From contig CAYSSG010000005.1 of NCBI GenBank assembly GCA_964433635.1, positions 11,295 to 75,294 on the forward strand: a DNA stretch of 64,000 bases, read 5' to 3'. Source of the DNA: an uncultured Atribacterota bacterium. Its GTDB lineage: Bacteria > Atribacterota > Phoenicimicrobiia > Phoenicimicrobiales > Stramentimicrobiaceae. Positions 38,598 through 48,450 of the stretch are shown piece by piece (within the stretch, counting starts at the first letter, position 1; each line of letters opens with the position of its first letter). The notes under the pieces were generated by a model. The model searched no databases and was not told the DNA's origin. It saw only the letters and a program-made list of their open reading frames with translations. Made by a program: the position numbers and the translations under genes.

Positions 38598-39881
38598 TTA
38601 AATCAAATAGCGCAGGTAGATGTATAGGAAAGAGATTAAAAAATGAATGACCACCAGGGGAAAACCAATTTTGAAGAAGTACCAGAACCGAATAGGTTGA
38701 TTATTTTTTGCTGCTATATCTGCCACAATTAAATTAGAAGCTGTTCCGATTAGTGTTCCGTTTGCACCTATGTTTGATGCGATAGCCATTGTAATCCAGA
38801 TCGTGGGATCTATTGCCGGGATCTCTCTGATAATATGCTTGGCAACAGGAATCGCCAGATTGACGATAGGAATATTATCCAGGAACGAGGATAAGAAGGT
38901 ATTTGATGCAAAAAACAAAAAATTAATGGATTTGGGATTTTCCCTGGTTATCTGTAACAATTGTTTAGAAAATAGATTGATAATCCCGTGTTCTTCCAAA
39001 GACCCGGCCAGGATATTAAGACCCATGATAAAAAATACAATTTCCCAGTCAACCTGTGCGTAGATTGAATGTACGCTTTTTTCCGAATGTAATACCATGA
39101 GGGTAAGAGCCGCCATCAGAACAATGATGGTCAGGTCTAATTGCAGGAGATGGGAAAATAATGCGAGCGTAATTCCGATAGCCAGAACAATCATTGTTTG
39201 ATGAAATAGTTTTCGATTAATAATGCATACCTTTTCATCAATTCTATGAAAATTAGCAATAAGTTCCCTGGGAATTTTGTTTTTCAGCACCATTTTTCCG
39301 AAAACTCTTTTGAAATAATAGATTGAAATAAAGATTAAGATAATAGCAATCGGCGCAGTATGATAAATAAAATCAAAAAAGCTGAAATGAGCGGATGAAC
39401 CAATCATAATATTGGTAGGAGTGCCCAAATAGGTTGCCATGCCGCCGATGTTGGCAAAAATAATTTGAGCTATCAGGAAGGGGAGGGGTGATATTTCTAA
39501 TATTGATGTAATAGCTAAGGTAATATTGGCCATAAACAGCAGGGTGGTAATTTCATCCAGAAGGGATGATAGAATACCCGTAAGGAGAGATAGCTGAACG
39601 AATAGAGTCCAGGTATTAGTGAAACTGTATCGCATGACCTTGATAGCTAGAAATTGAAATAAACCGCTGTCTTTTGCTATGACGGTTATAATCATCATTC
39701 CAATAATAATGCCTATTTTTGTGAAATCAATATAGCCAAGAGCAGTATCGAAAGAGATGAGGCCAAGAAAAATTGCCAGAATGCCGCCAATAAAAGCCGA
39801 AGAGGTTCGGATGCGACGATTGGTAAAAATAAAATAATATACGATGCTGATAATGATGATTGTTAAAATTAACTGGTTCAT
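38598..39881 (-). CDS. Polytopic membrane transporter (ArsB/NhaD/CitMHS ion-transporter superfamily-like)
   Basis: 427 aa with about 12 TM helices. Internally duplicated. No specific substrate signature recognised. Confidence 0.5.
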   Translation of the reverse strand: MNQLILTIIIISIVYYFIFTNRRIRTSSAFIGGILAIFLGLISFDTALGYIDFTKIGIIIGMMIITVIAKDSGLFQFLAIKVMRYSFTNTWTLFVQLSLLTGILSSLLDEITTLLFMANITLAITSILEISPLPFLIAQIIFANIGGMATYLGTPTNIMIGSSAHFSFFDFIYHTAPIAIILIFISIYYFKRVFGKMVLKNKIPRELIANFHRIDEKVCIINRKLFHQTMIVLAIGITLALFSHLLQLDLTIIVLMAALTLMVLHSEKSVHSIYAQVDWEIVFFIMGLNILAGSLEEHGIINLFSKQLLQITRENPKSINFLFFASNTFLSSFLDNIPIVNLAIPVAKHIIREIPAIDPTIWITMAIASNIGANGTLIGTASNLIVADIAAKNNQPIRFWYFFKIGFPLVVIHFLISFLYIYLRYLI

Positions 39882-40215
39882 GATATCGTTCTCCGATATA
39901 TCATTGAAGTCTATTTAAACAGCTTCTTCTCTAAAAATTGTTATTTTTCTGTCTGATTCTGCAGATCCATATTGAATAAGTTCTGTCAATAAGTGATCCA
40001 ATAAATACGATCAGCTCTGAAACTGAACAGAAAATCATAAAAATTCTAAAGTTCAATTGCTAATAAAACTGATTTTATTATATAATGACGGGAGAACTGT
40101 ATTAAGCATGCTTATTTAGCATAACATAAAATCGAATCATGTGCAGCGGTAATTCACCGTTTTTTTAGGAAAAGCACTCAATTATTCAAAGTAGATTTTA
40201 AAAGGAGTTCAATGG

Positions 40216-41256
40216 ATGGCTAATCTTTCTTTATTTCCTTCTCTTTCCCGAAATATTGGTATTGATCTGGGTACTGCCACAACACTGGTTTATGTAAGAG
40301 GAAAAGGGATCATCCTGGAAGAGCCCTCTGTGGTGGCTTATCAAAAAAAGGATCATCGCATTCTTAAGGTAGGGAAAGAAGCCAGAGCCATGATAGGTAG
40401 AACCCCTCAAGGTGTATACACCGTCCGTCCGTTACAGTATGGTGTCATTGCCGATTTTGAAGTTACAGCAGAAATGCTTCGCTATTTTATTAAAAAGATT
40501 TTCAAGCGGTATCAATTTATTAAGCCTTCTATTACGATCTGCGTGCCTTCGGGAGTAACAGAAGTTGAAAAAAGAGCAGCTTCGGAAGTTGCCTACGAGT
40601 GTGGTTCTAATCGTGTCTTTCTCATTGAAGAGCCTATTGCTGCAGCGATTGGAGCGGGATTGCCTATTTTTGAACCAATGGGGAATTTAGTCATAGATAT
40701 TGGAGGAGGGACGACAGAGGTTGCTGTTATTTCTCTCGGCGGCATTGTGGTTAATGAGATAACAAAGGTAGCCGGTGATTACCTGAATCAGCAGATCAGT
40801 AAATATATCAAGGAGCAACATGGATTATTTATTGGAGACCTAACTGCAGAATCACTGAAGATAGCCTTATCCGAAAAGAATCCAGAGCAGGAAGATGGTT
40901 ATTTTGAAGTTAAAGGAAGAGATCGTCTCAGTGGATTGCCCATCAGGATTGATTTATCTCAAAATGAATTAAGAGATGCCCTTTCTGATGCAGTGAAGGT
41001 GATTGCTAATACGGTAAAAATGGCTCTGGAAAAAACACCGCCTGAACTTATTTCAGATATCATCAATAAAGGATTGATTATGACCGGTGGAGGTGCATTG
41101 CTGGCTGGTTTGGATAGGATACTTCAGGAACAGATCAGGATACCTGTTTTTATATCCAGGGAACCGCTTTACTGTGTCGTTAAAGGAACCGGTGAGGCGT
41201 TAGAGAATTTTGAAAAGTATCAGCGAGTTTTAATTAGAACCTCAAAGAGCAGATAA
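40216..41256 (+). CDS. mreB: Rod-shape determining actin homologue MreB
   Basis: IGIDLGTATTLVYV phosphate-1 motif. DIGGGTTEVAV and MTGGGALL motifs. AAAGGAG SD. Confidence 0.9.
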   Translation: MANLSLFPSLSRNIGIDLGTATTLVYVRGKGIILEEPSVVAYQKKDHRILKVGKEARAMIGRTPQGVYTVRPLQYGVIADFEVTAEMLRYFIKKIFKRYQFIKPSITICVPSGVTEVEKRAASEVAYECGSNRVFLIEEPIAAAIGAGLPIFEPMGNLVIDIGGGTTEVAVISLGGIVVNEITKVAGDYLNQQISKYIKEQHGLFIGDLTAESLKIALSEKNPEQEDGYFEVKGRDRLSGLPIRIDLSQNELRDALSDAVKVIANTVKMALEKTPPELISDIINKGLIMTGGGALLAGLDRILQEQIRIPVFISREPLYCVVKGTGEALENFEKYQRVLIRTSKSR

Positions 41257-41462
41257 TAGAAAATAATGTTCAACCGGTCTCTCATTCCCCTGCTTTTTGG
41301 TCATAAGGTAATAGTCTCAGTATAAATACATTTCTCTGATTTAAGAATGCAGATACGAATATGACCAGGAATGAGATTTCAACCTGGAGAAGCAGAATTG
41401 ATTCATGACAGTTGATCATGATGATTGATCAGGCAAGAGATAAGAGATAAGGAGCTTGGAAA

Positions 41463-42287
41463 TTGATCAGATTTTCCAGAGAAAAAAGGGCGTTTATCTT
41501 ATTTTTAACCTTCTTCCTGTTATCCGCCTTCATTATTACAGTGGATTATCATGGCAAAGGATTTTTCGGCTTTTTGGAAGATGCAGGGATGATCATCATC
41601 AAGCCCATAAACCAGACCTCCCAGAATGTCATCCGTCGTATCACCCGATTTTTCAATATGTTTGGTGAAATAGAAAAAATTCGTCAGCAAAGTAATCAAT
41701 TACGGATTGAAAGCCAGACAATAGCTCAGGAAAATGCCGTTCTGAGAGAGCAATTAGCAGCTTATGAACGAATGGAAAAAATGCTGCAGTTTAAGGAATA
41801 CTATTCTTATGATATGATCGGTGCTCAGGTCATAGGGAGGGATCCGAGCAATTGGTTTCACAGTATCATGATTGACAGAGGAAGTGTAGACCAGATAGAG
41901 ATTGATATGGGTGTTGCAACTTATAATGGTCTGGTAGGGAAGATTATACAGGTGCACCCGAGTTCATCACAGGTGGTATTATTATTGGATCAGGGCTGTT
42001 CAGTGGGTGCGATGGATCAACGTTCCCGGGAAATCGGTGTTATCAGAGGGGGGATGGAGGACAACTATTGTTATTTTGATTATATTGCTCATGATGCGGA
42101 TATTGAAATAAATGACATCGTCATTACTTCCGGTATCGGGAGTTCTGTTCCGAAAGGTATTCAGATAGGACGTATCGTAGCCATCAAGAAGGAGAAACAC
42201 GATCTCTTTCAGAGGATACTGGTCAAGCCGGAAGTTGATTTTAATAAACTGGAAGAGGTATTTGTGGTTAAACAACCTCAGGAATAA
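41463..42287 (+). CDS. mreC: Rod-shape determining protein MreC
   Basis: N-terminal TM helix, coiled coil (QLRIESQTIAQENAVLREQLAAYE), and C-terminal beta domain. TTG start with AAGGAG SD. Confidence 0.75.
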   Translation: MIRFSREKRAFILFLTFFLLSAFIITVDYHGKGFFGFLEDAGMIIIKPINQTSQNVIRRITRFFNMFGEIEKIRQQSNQLRIESQTIAQENAVLREQLAAYERMEKMLQFKEYYSYDMIGAQVIGRDPSNWFHSIMIDRGSVDQIEIDMGVATYNGLVGKIIQVHPSSSQVVLLLDQGCSVGAMDQRSREIGVIRGGMEDNYCYFDYIAHDADIEINDIVITSGIGSSVPKGIQIGRIVAIKKEKHDLFQRILVKPEVDFNKLEEVFVVKQPQE

Positions 42288-42308
42288 AAAAGGATTTTAT
42301 TGATCTGT

Positions 42309-43592
42309 ATGACTAAAGTTGAATTATATAAAATGAAAAACGGATTGAATGTGATATATTGTTCGATGCCCCAAATGCGGTCTATTTCAACCGTCATTGG
42401 AATTGCTGCCGGTTCAGTCTATGAAAATGATAAACAGCAGGGAATATCACATTTTATAGAGCATATGCTCTTTAAGGGCACCGAACAGAGATCAAATACC
42501 CTGGAGATATCCCAGTGTATTGAAGAATTAGGAGGAGAAATCAACGCCTCTACTTCAGAGGAATGTACCTTTCTATACAGTAAAGTTCTTTATAAGAATT
42601 TTACCAGTGCCTTTGAAGTCATGTCTGATATATTGAATCATTCGCTTTTTAGAGAAAGTGACATTATCCGGGAAAAAGCCATCATTATGGAAGAAATTAA
42701 TAAATATAAGGATGTTCCCGAAGACTGGATAGATTTTTTAATGAATCAGTTACTGTGGAAGAACACCGTATTAGAGAAGAATGTCTTAGGAAAGAAAGAA
42801 ACTGTAAAAAGATTTAACCGGAAAGCAATTTTAGATTATTTTCATGACATGTACCAGCCGAGCAATATGGTTATCAGTATTGCCGGTAATATCTCCCCGG
42901 AATTAATCAGGAAGGTGGTTGAAAATTCATCATTTATGATGAAGGACACCAGCATTAAAGCTAAGCCCGGCATTCAACTGTCAGAACAGACAGAACCCAG
43001 GTTGAGATTCATACCCAAAAAAGTGAATCAAGCGCATCTGTGCTTTGCTTTTGAAGGCATTTCCAGGTTTCATCCTGATAAAGTCAGCATGGATTTACTG
43101 AATATTATTCTGGGGGCAGGACTCAGTTCACGATTATTTCAGGAGATACGCGTCAAAGAAGGGCTTGCTTATGATATTCATTCCTATACCCAGTATTTCT
43201 ACGAAACAGGTTCTTTTAATATCTACGCAGGTGTAGATCCTGATAAGTTGACTCGCAGTATCGAAACAATACTGCAGGAGCTGAGAAAAATTAGGGAAGA
43301 TAAAATAGGTATTCATGAATTAAAAAAAGCGAAGGAAATGTATAAGGGGAGCATTTTATTAGGTCTCGAGAATACATTGAGCTATGCTTTTCGTCTTGGA
43401 ACCTATCTATTGTTATATCAGAAGGTATATCAGTACAAGGAGATGGTAGACAGGATAGAATGTGTTCAGTTTGAAGACATCAGGAAACTGGCACAAAATA
43501 TTTTTCTGAGCAACAAAATAAATGCTGTTATATTTTTTCCGGATGATAGAAAGATGAAAAAAGACAGACTGAAGCGTTTAATGGAAATTTAG
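42309..43592 (+). CDS. M16-family (pitrilysin-like) zinc peptidase
   Basis: Inverted zinc motif HFIEHMLFKGT (HxxEH). 430 aa from the ATG at 42309. ORF opens at TTG 42300. Confidence 0.8.
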   Translation: MTKVELYKMKNGLNVIYCSMPQMRSISTVIGIAAGSVYENDKQQGISHFIEHMLFKGTEQRSNTLEISQCIEELGGEINASTSEECTFLYSKVLYKNFTSAFEVMSDILNHSLFRESDIIREKAIIMEEINKYKDVPEDWIDFLMNQLLWKNTVLEKNVLGKKETVKRFNRKAILDYFHDMYQPSNMVISIAGNISPELIRKVVENSSFMMKDTSIKAKPGIQLSEQTEPRLRFIPKKVNQAHLCFAFEGISRFHPDKVSMDLLNIILGAGLSSRLFQEIRVKEGLAYDIHSYTQYFYETGSFNIYAGVDPDKLTRSIETILQELRKIREDKIGIHELKKAKEMYKGSILLGLENTLSYAFRLGTYLLLYQKVYQYKEMVDRIECVQFEDIRKLAQNIFLSNKINAVIFFPDDRKMKKDRLKRLMEI

Positions 43593-43613
43593 GACGATCG
43601 GGAGCCTGAGTAA

Positions 43614-43802
43614 ATGCCGCTGGATTTGAGAAATGGTGACATCGTAAAATTAAAAAAGAAACATCCCTGTGGCGGATATCATTGGGAAATTACCAGAACG
43701 GGAATAGATATCGGTTTAAAATGTCTCTGTTGCGGACACAAGGTACTGGTTCCCAGAGTGAAAATTGAAAGAAGAATCAGACAGGTCATCAAGAGGGATT
43801 AA
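43614..43802 (+). CDS. DUF951-family small zinc-ribbon protein (YyzM-like)
   Basis: GDIVKLKKKHPCGG...CLCCGHKVLVPR, close to B. subtilis YyzM. Conserved neighbourhood upstream of rpsF. Confidence 0.7.
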   Translation: MPLDLRNGDIVKLKKKHPCGGYHWEITRTGIDIGLKCLCCGHKVLVPRVKIERRIRQVIKRD

Positions 43803-43836
43803 TATGATTTACCCAATGAAAAATTTCCTGCCTATC

Positions 43837-43871
43837 TTGCTATAAGAAGAAGCCGGTGTTATAATAATGAA
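43837..43871 (+). promoter_or_regulatory. SigmaA promoter for rpsF-rpsR (-35 TTGCTA, extended -10 TGtTATAAT)
   Basis: TTGCTA at 43837-43842, 17-nt spacer, TGTTATAAT at 43857-43865. A CTCCTGCC-AAAA-GGCAGGGG hairpin lies in the leader. Confidence 0.55.
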
Positions 43872-43931
43872 GCATTTTTCCTTGCTCCTGCCAAAAGGCA
43901 GGGGCTATCAAGACCAGAAGGAGGTGAACAA

Positions 43932-44249
43932 ATGCGTAATTACGAACTGATGATATTATTGGAACCCAATCTTCAAGAAGAAGACAGCACAGCCCTGCTT
44001 GATAAAATCCAGCAAACCATCAAGACCAATCAAGGAAATATCATTAAGCTGAATCAATGGGGAAAAAGAAAATTAGCCTATGATATAAAAAAATTTCAGG
44101 AAGCGATCTATACCCTCATTGATTTTGAACTGGAACCGGCACATCTTGCCGATTTAGAGAAAAGTATCAAGTTTAATGAAAAAATACTGAGATATTTGAT
44201 TGTTCTGGGGCAGGAAAAGATACATTCCAGAAAAGAAGAGGATAAGTAG
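43932..44249 (+). CDS. rpsF: 30S ribosomal protein S6
   Basis: MRNYELMILLEP...KLNQWGKRKLAY signature. Confidence 0.9.
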   Translation: MRNYELMILLEPNLQEEDSTALLDKIQQTIKTNQGNIIKLNQWGKRKLAYDIKKFQEAIYTLIDFELEPAHLADLEKSIKFNEKILRYLIVLGQEKIHSRKEEDK

Positions 44250-44292
44250 AAAAAAAGTTTTATTATTGATTGAAACAGGAAGGAATTAACGA

Positions 44293-44529
44293 ATGTTCAG
44301 AAAAAGTGCCTACCGAGGATTACGAGGAAGGAGAAAAATCTGCTATTTTTGTGCTGAAAAGAAGGTAGCAGATTATAAGGATATTGAACTGTTGAACCGA
44401 TTTATCAGTGACCAGGGAAAAATATTACCCCGTCGGGTAACCGGTAACTGTGCAAAACATCAGAGATCCCTGGCTATTGCGATTAAGCGTGCGCGAGAAG
44501 TCGCATTACTTCCTTATGTTAATCGTTGA
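44293..44529 (+). CDS. rpsR: 30S ribosomal protein S18
   Basis: [11 protein letters not shown]...[12 protein letters not shown] signature. AGGAAGGA SD. Confidence 0.9.
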   Translation: MFRKSAYRGLRGRRKICYFCAEKKVADYKDIELLNRFISDQGKILPRRVTGNCAKHQRSLAIAIKRAREVALLPYVNR

Positions 44530-44680
44530 TGAAGGACAATAAAATACCGGACATCTTCTTTCAGGTCATCAATTAAGTATGAATGCAGGATTGAAAGGTG
44601 ATATAAGGAAGGCATCTATAGAGAGAGTAATATCATCTGAATAGACCAGTGTAAACAGGTCAGGCAAAGGGGTTTGACGA

Positions 44681-45643
44681 TTGAAAGAACGCATACCGAC
44701 CAGGTCGATTGTTGAAGGTGCCTTTCTTTCAGCAATAACAGCAATATTATTTTTATTTAGTCTGTATATTCCCTTGCTGGGGACCTTCATCAGTTTTTTA
44801 TGCCCTTTACCGATTATTATTTTGTGCTTACGGCACAATCTTAAAATAGCCTTTCTTTCGTTGTTGATTGCTTTTTTCCTGGTGAGCCTGATAGCAGGTC
44901 CATTTCAGGGATTCGTTGCGGTATTGGGTTTTGGTACCCTGGGGATAGCTCTGGGTGTTACCATCAAACGAAAATATTCTTTGATGGAAATTATCCTGGT
45001 CGGAAGCATTGCTTCGTTTATTTCCAAGATATTTTTAATGTTAGTCAGTCTGTTGATCATGGATGTGAACCCATTATTATTGGGATTGGATGACATTGAT
45101 CAGAGTATTAATCAGAGCTTGTCCTTTTATGGGAATATGGGTTTAAAGCCTGAACAGATTGATGCTTTTAAAGCGTCGCTCTTAAGGTCTTTGGAATTAA
45201 TGAGAATAGCCTTTCCTGCGATGCTGTTGATTGCCTCAGTGTTTGATACGCTGATTAACTATTGGGTTACCGGAAAGGTTTTAAAGCGGTTTGGGTATGA
45301 CCTGGAACCCTTCGTGCCTTTTCGTCAATGGCGGGCAAGCCGGTCATTTTTCTGGAGTTACCTGGTTGGACTATTTATCCTGATTATAAATAGCAGGTTG
45401 AAGATGGCGGTATTGGAAAGGATCGGTATAAATATTCAGTTATTGTTCTCCATTATATTTTTTATTTCCGGATTAGCGGTTGTATCTTATATTCTGTATC
45501 ACTATCAAATCAAACCATTTTTCTGCTGGTTTATTTATATCATTCTATTGATTCAGCCCGGATTGTCTTTCATTGTTACCTGGATAGGAATTTTTGATGT
45601 TTGGATTGATTTTAGAAGATTCATTTCACAGCATGATACTTGA
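44681..45643 (+). CDS. DUF2232/YybS-like polytopic membrane protein
   Basis: 320 aa with about 8 TM helices. Sits in the YybS position between rpsR and rplI. TTG start. Confidence 0.55.
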   Translation: MKERIPTRSIVEGAFLSAITAILFLFSLYIPLLGTFISFLCPLPIIILCLRHNLKIAFLSLLIAFFLVSLIAGPFQGFVAVLGFGTLGIALGVTIKRKYSLMEIILVGSIASFISKIFLMLVSLLIMDVNPLLLGLDDIDQSINQSLSFYGNMGLKPEQIDAFKASLLRSLELMRIAFPAMLLIASVFDTLINYWVTGKVLKRFGYDLEPFVPFRQWRASRSFFWSYLVGLFILIINSRLKMAVLERIGINIQLLFSIIFFISGLAVVSYILYHYQIKPFFCWFIYIILLIQPGLSFIVTWIGIFDVWIDFRRFISQHDT

Positions 45644-45727
45644 TTCTTTGGAAATGCTAAATCATTTATTCAGAATCACAATCAGGTATTTCAGGAAAAA
45701 ATTGATTATAAAACGGAGGTACAAACC

Positions 45728-46258
45728 ATGAAGGTTATATTAAAGGAAAATGTTGATAAAATAGGATATGTTGGGGATGTGGTAGAAGTAAACCGCGGAT
45801 ATGCTCGCAATTACTTATTCCCGATGGGGCTGGCAATTGAATTTACCGGTGGGAACTTAAAATCAATTGAACATCTGAAGAAAAAAGAGTGGGAAAAAAG
45901 AAACCGGGAAGTAAAGGAAGCCCGGCAATTAGCAGAAAAAATCAATGAGATTACCCTCGTCTTTCAGGCTAAAGCTGGAAAAGACGGAAAGCTGTTTGGT
46001 TCTGTAACCCACAAGGATATTGCAGATTCTTTGACAGAAAACTATCAGATTGAGATTGATCGCAAAAAGATTGAACATACTGAACCCCTGAAAAAGACAG
46101 GGGATTATCAGGTAGGCATTCATTTGTATAAAGAGGTTGATGCCAGATTAAAAATTAAGATTATTCCGGAAGAAGAGGAAGTTAAAAAGGAAGAACAGGA
46201 AAAACAATCTGCTGAGAAAAAAACAGAGATAACCGAGCAGGAAAAAGAAAGATCATAA
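45728..46258 (+). CDS. rplI: 50S ribosomal protein L9 with Lys/Glu-rich C-terminal extension
   Basis: MKVILKENVDKIGYVGDVVEV N-terminus. About 30-aa acidic/basic tail (EEEEVKKEEQEKQSAEKK). Confidence 0.9.
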   Translation: MKVILKENVDKIGYVGDVVEVNRGYARNYLFPMGLAIEFTGGNLKSIEHLKKKEWEKRNREVKEARQLAEKINEITLVFQAKAGKDGKLFGSVTHKDIADSLTENYQIEIDRKKIEHTEPLKKTGDYQVGIHLYKEVDARLKIKIIPEEEEVKKEEQEKQSAEKKTEITEQEKERS

Positions 46259-46315
46259 TGCAATCTTGTTTTTTATTCCTGATTGATTTTCATTTTTTTG
46301 GCAATTAGGAGAAAC

Positions 46316-47656
46316 ATGATGGAATTAACCAGAAATGCACCTCAGAATATTAGTGCAGAACAGGCTGTGCTTGGTTCAATTATTCTGGAAAAAGAATCGA
46401 TATTGAATTGCATTGAAATCCTGCAATCTGAAGACTTCTATAGGAACGCGCATCAGTTTATTTACCAGTGTGCACTGGATTTGTTTGAAAAAAATCAGGC
46501 AGTAGATTTGATTACACTGACAGAAGAACTGAAAAAAAGAAAACAGCTTGATGAAGCGGGTGGAGCTTCTTACCTGACCACACTGATGAGCAGCGTTCCT
46601 ACAGCTGCCAATGTTGTTTATTATGCAAAAATTGTAGAAGAAAAGGCCATTCTGAGAAGATTAATTAATCATGCCACTCAGATTGTGACGATGGGATATG
46701 AAGAGCAGGAAGATGCCCGGGTATTGCTCGATAAGGCTGAGAATCTTATTTTTGATATTTCGAAACAGAAAACTGAGCATTATTTCAGCCCCATAAAAGA
46801 TCTGTTGACAGAAAGTTTTGAAAAAATTGAAGATCTGTATCATCGTGATAATTTTATCACCGGTGTACCCAGTGGGTTCATAGAGTTTGATGAACTTACA
46901 ACCGGTTTTCAGCCCTCAGAATTAGTCATCGTGGCCGGAAGGCCATCGATGGGTAAGACAGCATTTTGTATGAATATTGCTCAATATGCAGCAATGCAGC
47001 ATAAAATTCCCATTGCGATATTCAGTCTTGAGATGTCCAAAGCCCAGATTGTCCAGAGGATGTTGTGTTCTGAGGCAAGAATTGATACGCATGCCCTACG
47101 GAGAGGTATTATGCCTGAAGAAGACTGGCCTAAATTGTCGATGGCTGCCGGCAGATTATCTGCTGCACCGATCTTTGTTGATGATTCTGCTGGAATATCC
47201 CCGTTGGAAATTAAGGCAAAGGCCAGACGATTAAAAGCCAAAAATGATCTGGGACTCATCCTGATTGATTATCTGCAGTTAATTCAGACTGGATTAAAGA
47301 TTGAAAACCGGCAACAGGAAATATCTCACATCTCGCGTTCTCTGAAAGGATTAGCTCGAGAACTGAACATCCCCATTATTGCGGTTTCCCAGTTATCAAG
47401 GGCAGTCGAACAGCGTTCTGTTCAACGCCCCCGGCTTTCTGACTTACGAGAGAGCGGGGCAATCGAGCAGGATGCAGATGTCGTGGTTTTTCTTTATCGT
47501 GAAGATTACTATAAACCCAAAAGCAGTAAGAAGGGCATTGCGGAAGTCATTATCAGCAAACAGAGGAATGGGCCCACCGGAACATTGGAACTGGCTTTCC
47601 TGAAAGAGTTTACCCGTTTTGAAAATCTGGCCCGAGTCAGGGAAGAAATGGATTAA
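46316..47656 (+). CDS. dnaB: Replicative DNA helicase DnaB
   Basis: PQNISAEQAVLGSIIL N-terminus. Walker A GRPSMGKTAF. ORF opens at 46283; ATG 46316 after AGGAGAAAC is preferred. Confidence 0.9.
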   Translation: MMELTRNAPQNISAEQAVLGSIILEKESILNCIEILQSEDFYRNAHQFIYQCALDLFEKNQAVDLITLTEELKKRKQLDEAGGASYLTTLMSSVPTAANVVYYAKIVEEKAILRRLINHATQIVTMGYEEQEDARVLLDKAENLIFDISKQKTEHYFSPIKDLLTESFEKIEDLYHRDNFITGVPSGFIEFDELTTGFQPSELVIVAGRPSMGKTAFCMNIAQYAAMQHKIPIAIFSLEMSKAQIVQRMLCSEARIDTHALRRGIMPEEDWPKLSMAAGRLSAAPIFVDDSAGISPLEIKAKARRLKAKNDLGLILIDYLQLIQTGLKIENRQQEISHISRSLKGLARELNIPIIAVSQLSRAVEQRSVQRPRLSDLRESGAIEQDADVVVFLYREDYYKPKSSKKGIAEVIISKQRNGPTGTLELAFLKEFTRFENLARVREEMD

Positions 47657-47750
47657 AATGATGATTGCGCATTGAGGTAAAAATAGTCGAGACAACCAGT
47701 TATTCAAAGTGCAAGATGTAGCATGGCTCATACATTTGACTGAATTTTAA

Positions 47751-47779
47751 TTGACACATTTTTCAAAATAGTGTAACAT
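47751..47779 (+). promoter_or_regulatory. Promoter for tRNA cluster (-35 TTGACA, -10 TAACAT)
   Basis: TTGACA at 47751-47756, 17-nt spacer, TAACAT at 47774-47779. Confidence 0.45.
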
Positions 47780-47816
47780 TGTAAGGCAATTGAAAAGAAT
47801 AAAAAACAATTGTTGC

Positions 47817-47892
47817 GGGCCGTTAGCTCAGTTGGCAGAGCATCTGACTCTTAATCAGAGGGTCGCAGGTTCGAGGCCTGCACGGCCTACCA
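47817..47892 (+). tRNA. tRNA-Lys (anticodon CTT)
   Basis: Acceptor GGGCCGT/ACGGCCT. Anticodon arm TCTGA-CTCTTAA-TCAGA. 3' CCA encoded. Confidence 0.8.
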
Positions 47893-47899
47893 GATATAC

Positions 47900-47975
47900 G
47901 CCTCCATCGTCTAGGGGTTCAGGACACCGCCCTTTCACGGCGGCGACAGGGGTTCAAATCCCCTTGGAGGCACCA
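47900..47975 (+). tRNA. tRNA-Glu (anticodon TTC)
   Basis: Acceptor GCCTCCA/TGGAGGC. Anticodon arm CCGCC-CTTTCAC-GGCGG. CCA encoded. Confidence 0.8.
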
Positions 47976-47993
47976 CGTTTTATATGGATAAAT

Positions 47994-48069
47994 GGGCGGA
48001 TAGCTCAGTTGGCAGAGCACCTGCTTCACATGTAGGGGGTCACAGGTTCAAGTCCTGTTCCGCCTACCA
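47994..48069 (+). tRNA. tRNA-Val (anticodon CAC)
   Basis: Acceptor GGGCGGA/TCCGCCT. Anticodon arm CCTGC-TTCACAT-GTAGG. CCA encoded. Confidence 0.75.
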
Positions 48070-48077
48070 TTTTTTCA

Positions 48078-48108
48078 CTCCATCGGAATTTCTCATAAAT
48101 TCCGATGG
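48078..48108. other. Perfect 12-bp-stem hairpin between tRNA-Val and tRNA-Thr
   Basis: CCATCGGAATTT-ctcata-AAATTCCGATGG, preceded by TTTTTTC. Confidence 0.5.
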
Positions 48109-48204
48109 AACAATCAATATTTATTATTCTGTTTATCATTTTAATCTCAAGGAATTTGAAATACACCTTCACTTGTTAATCCGGGAGATACATGATTTAT
48201 TGGT

Positions 48205-48280
48205 GCCGGTGTAGCTCAATTGGCAGAGCAACGGAATCGTAATCCGTAGGTTGTCTGTTCAACTCAGATCACCGGCTCCA
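48205..48280 (+). tRNA. tRNA-Thr (anticodon CGT)
   Basis: Acceptor GCCGGTG/CACCGGC. Anticodon arm ACGGA-ATCGTAA-TCCGT. CCA encoded. Confidence 0.8.
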
Positions 48281-48450
48281 TGAATGATGCCAACACCATT
48301 TTGAAGATTCCAATGATCTTGCAATGTTCATTTAAATGAAATAATTGATTTCGATACAATTAGGTGAATGCACCCTGCCTGTTACTGAGGAAAGCACTTA
48401 TGGATTTCCATATTCATTCAAATCTATTTTCCCCCAAAGCAATCATTGAT

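Noticed and set aside
41456-41668. 70-aa + strand ORF overlapping the mreC start
   Set aside because: It is in a different frame from the MreC ORF, which has the expected TM and coiled-coil features. Low-complexity translation, so spurious.
44569-44838. 89-aa minus-strand ORF between rpsR and the yybS-like gene
   Set aside because: It overlaps the 5' end of the + strand membrane-protein gene and has no SD. Strand bias of the region (nearly all + genes) also argues against it.
47790-48214. ORFs 47790-48035 and 47984-48214 (+)
   Set aside because: They are read-throughs of the tRNA-Lys/Glu/Val/Thr genes, and tRNA secondary structure explains the sequence.
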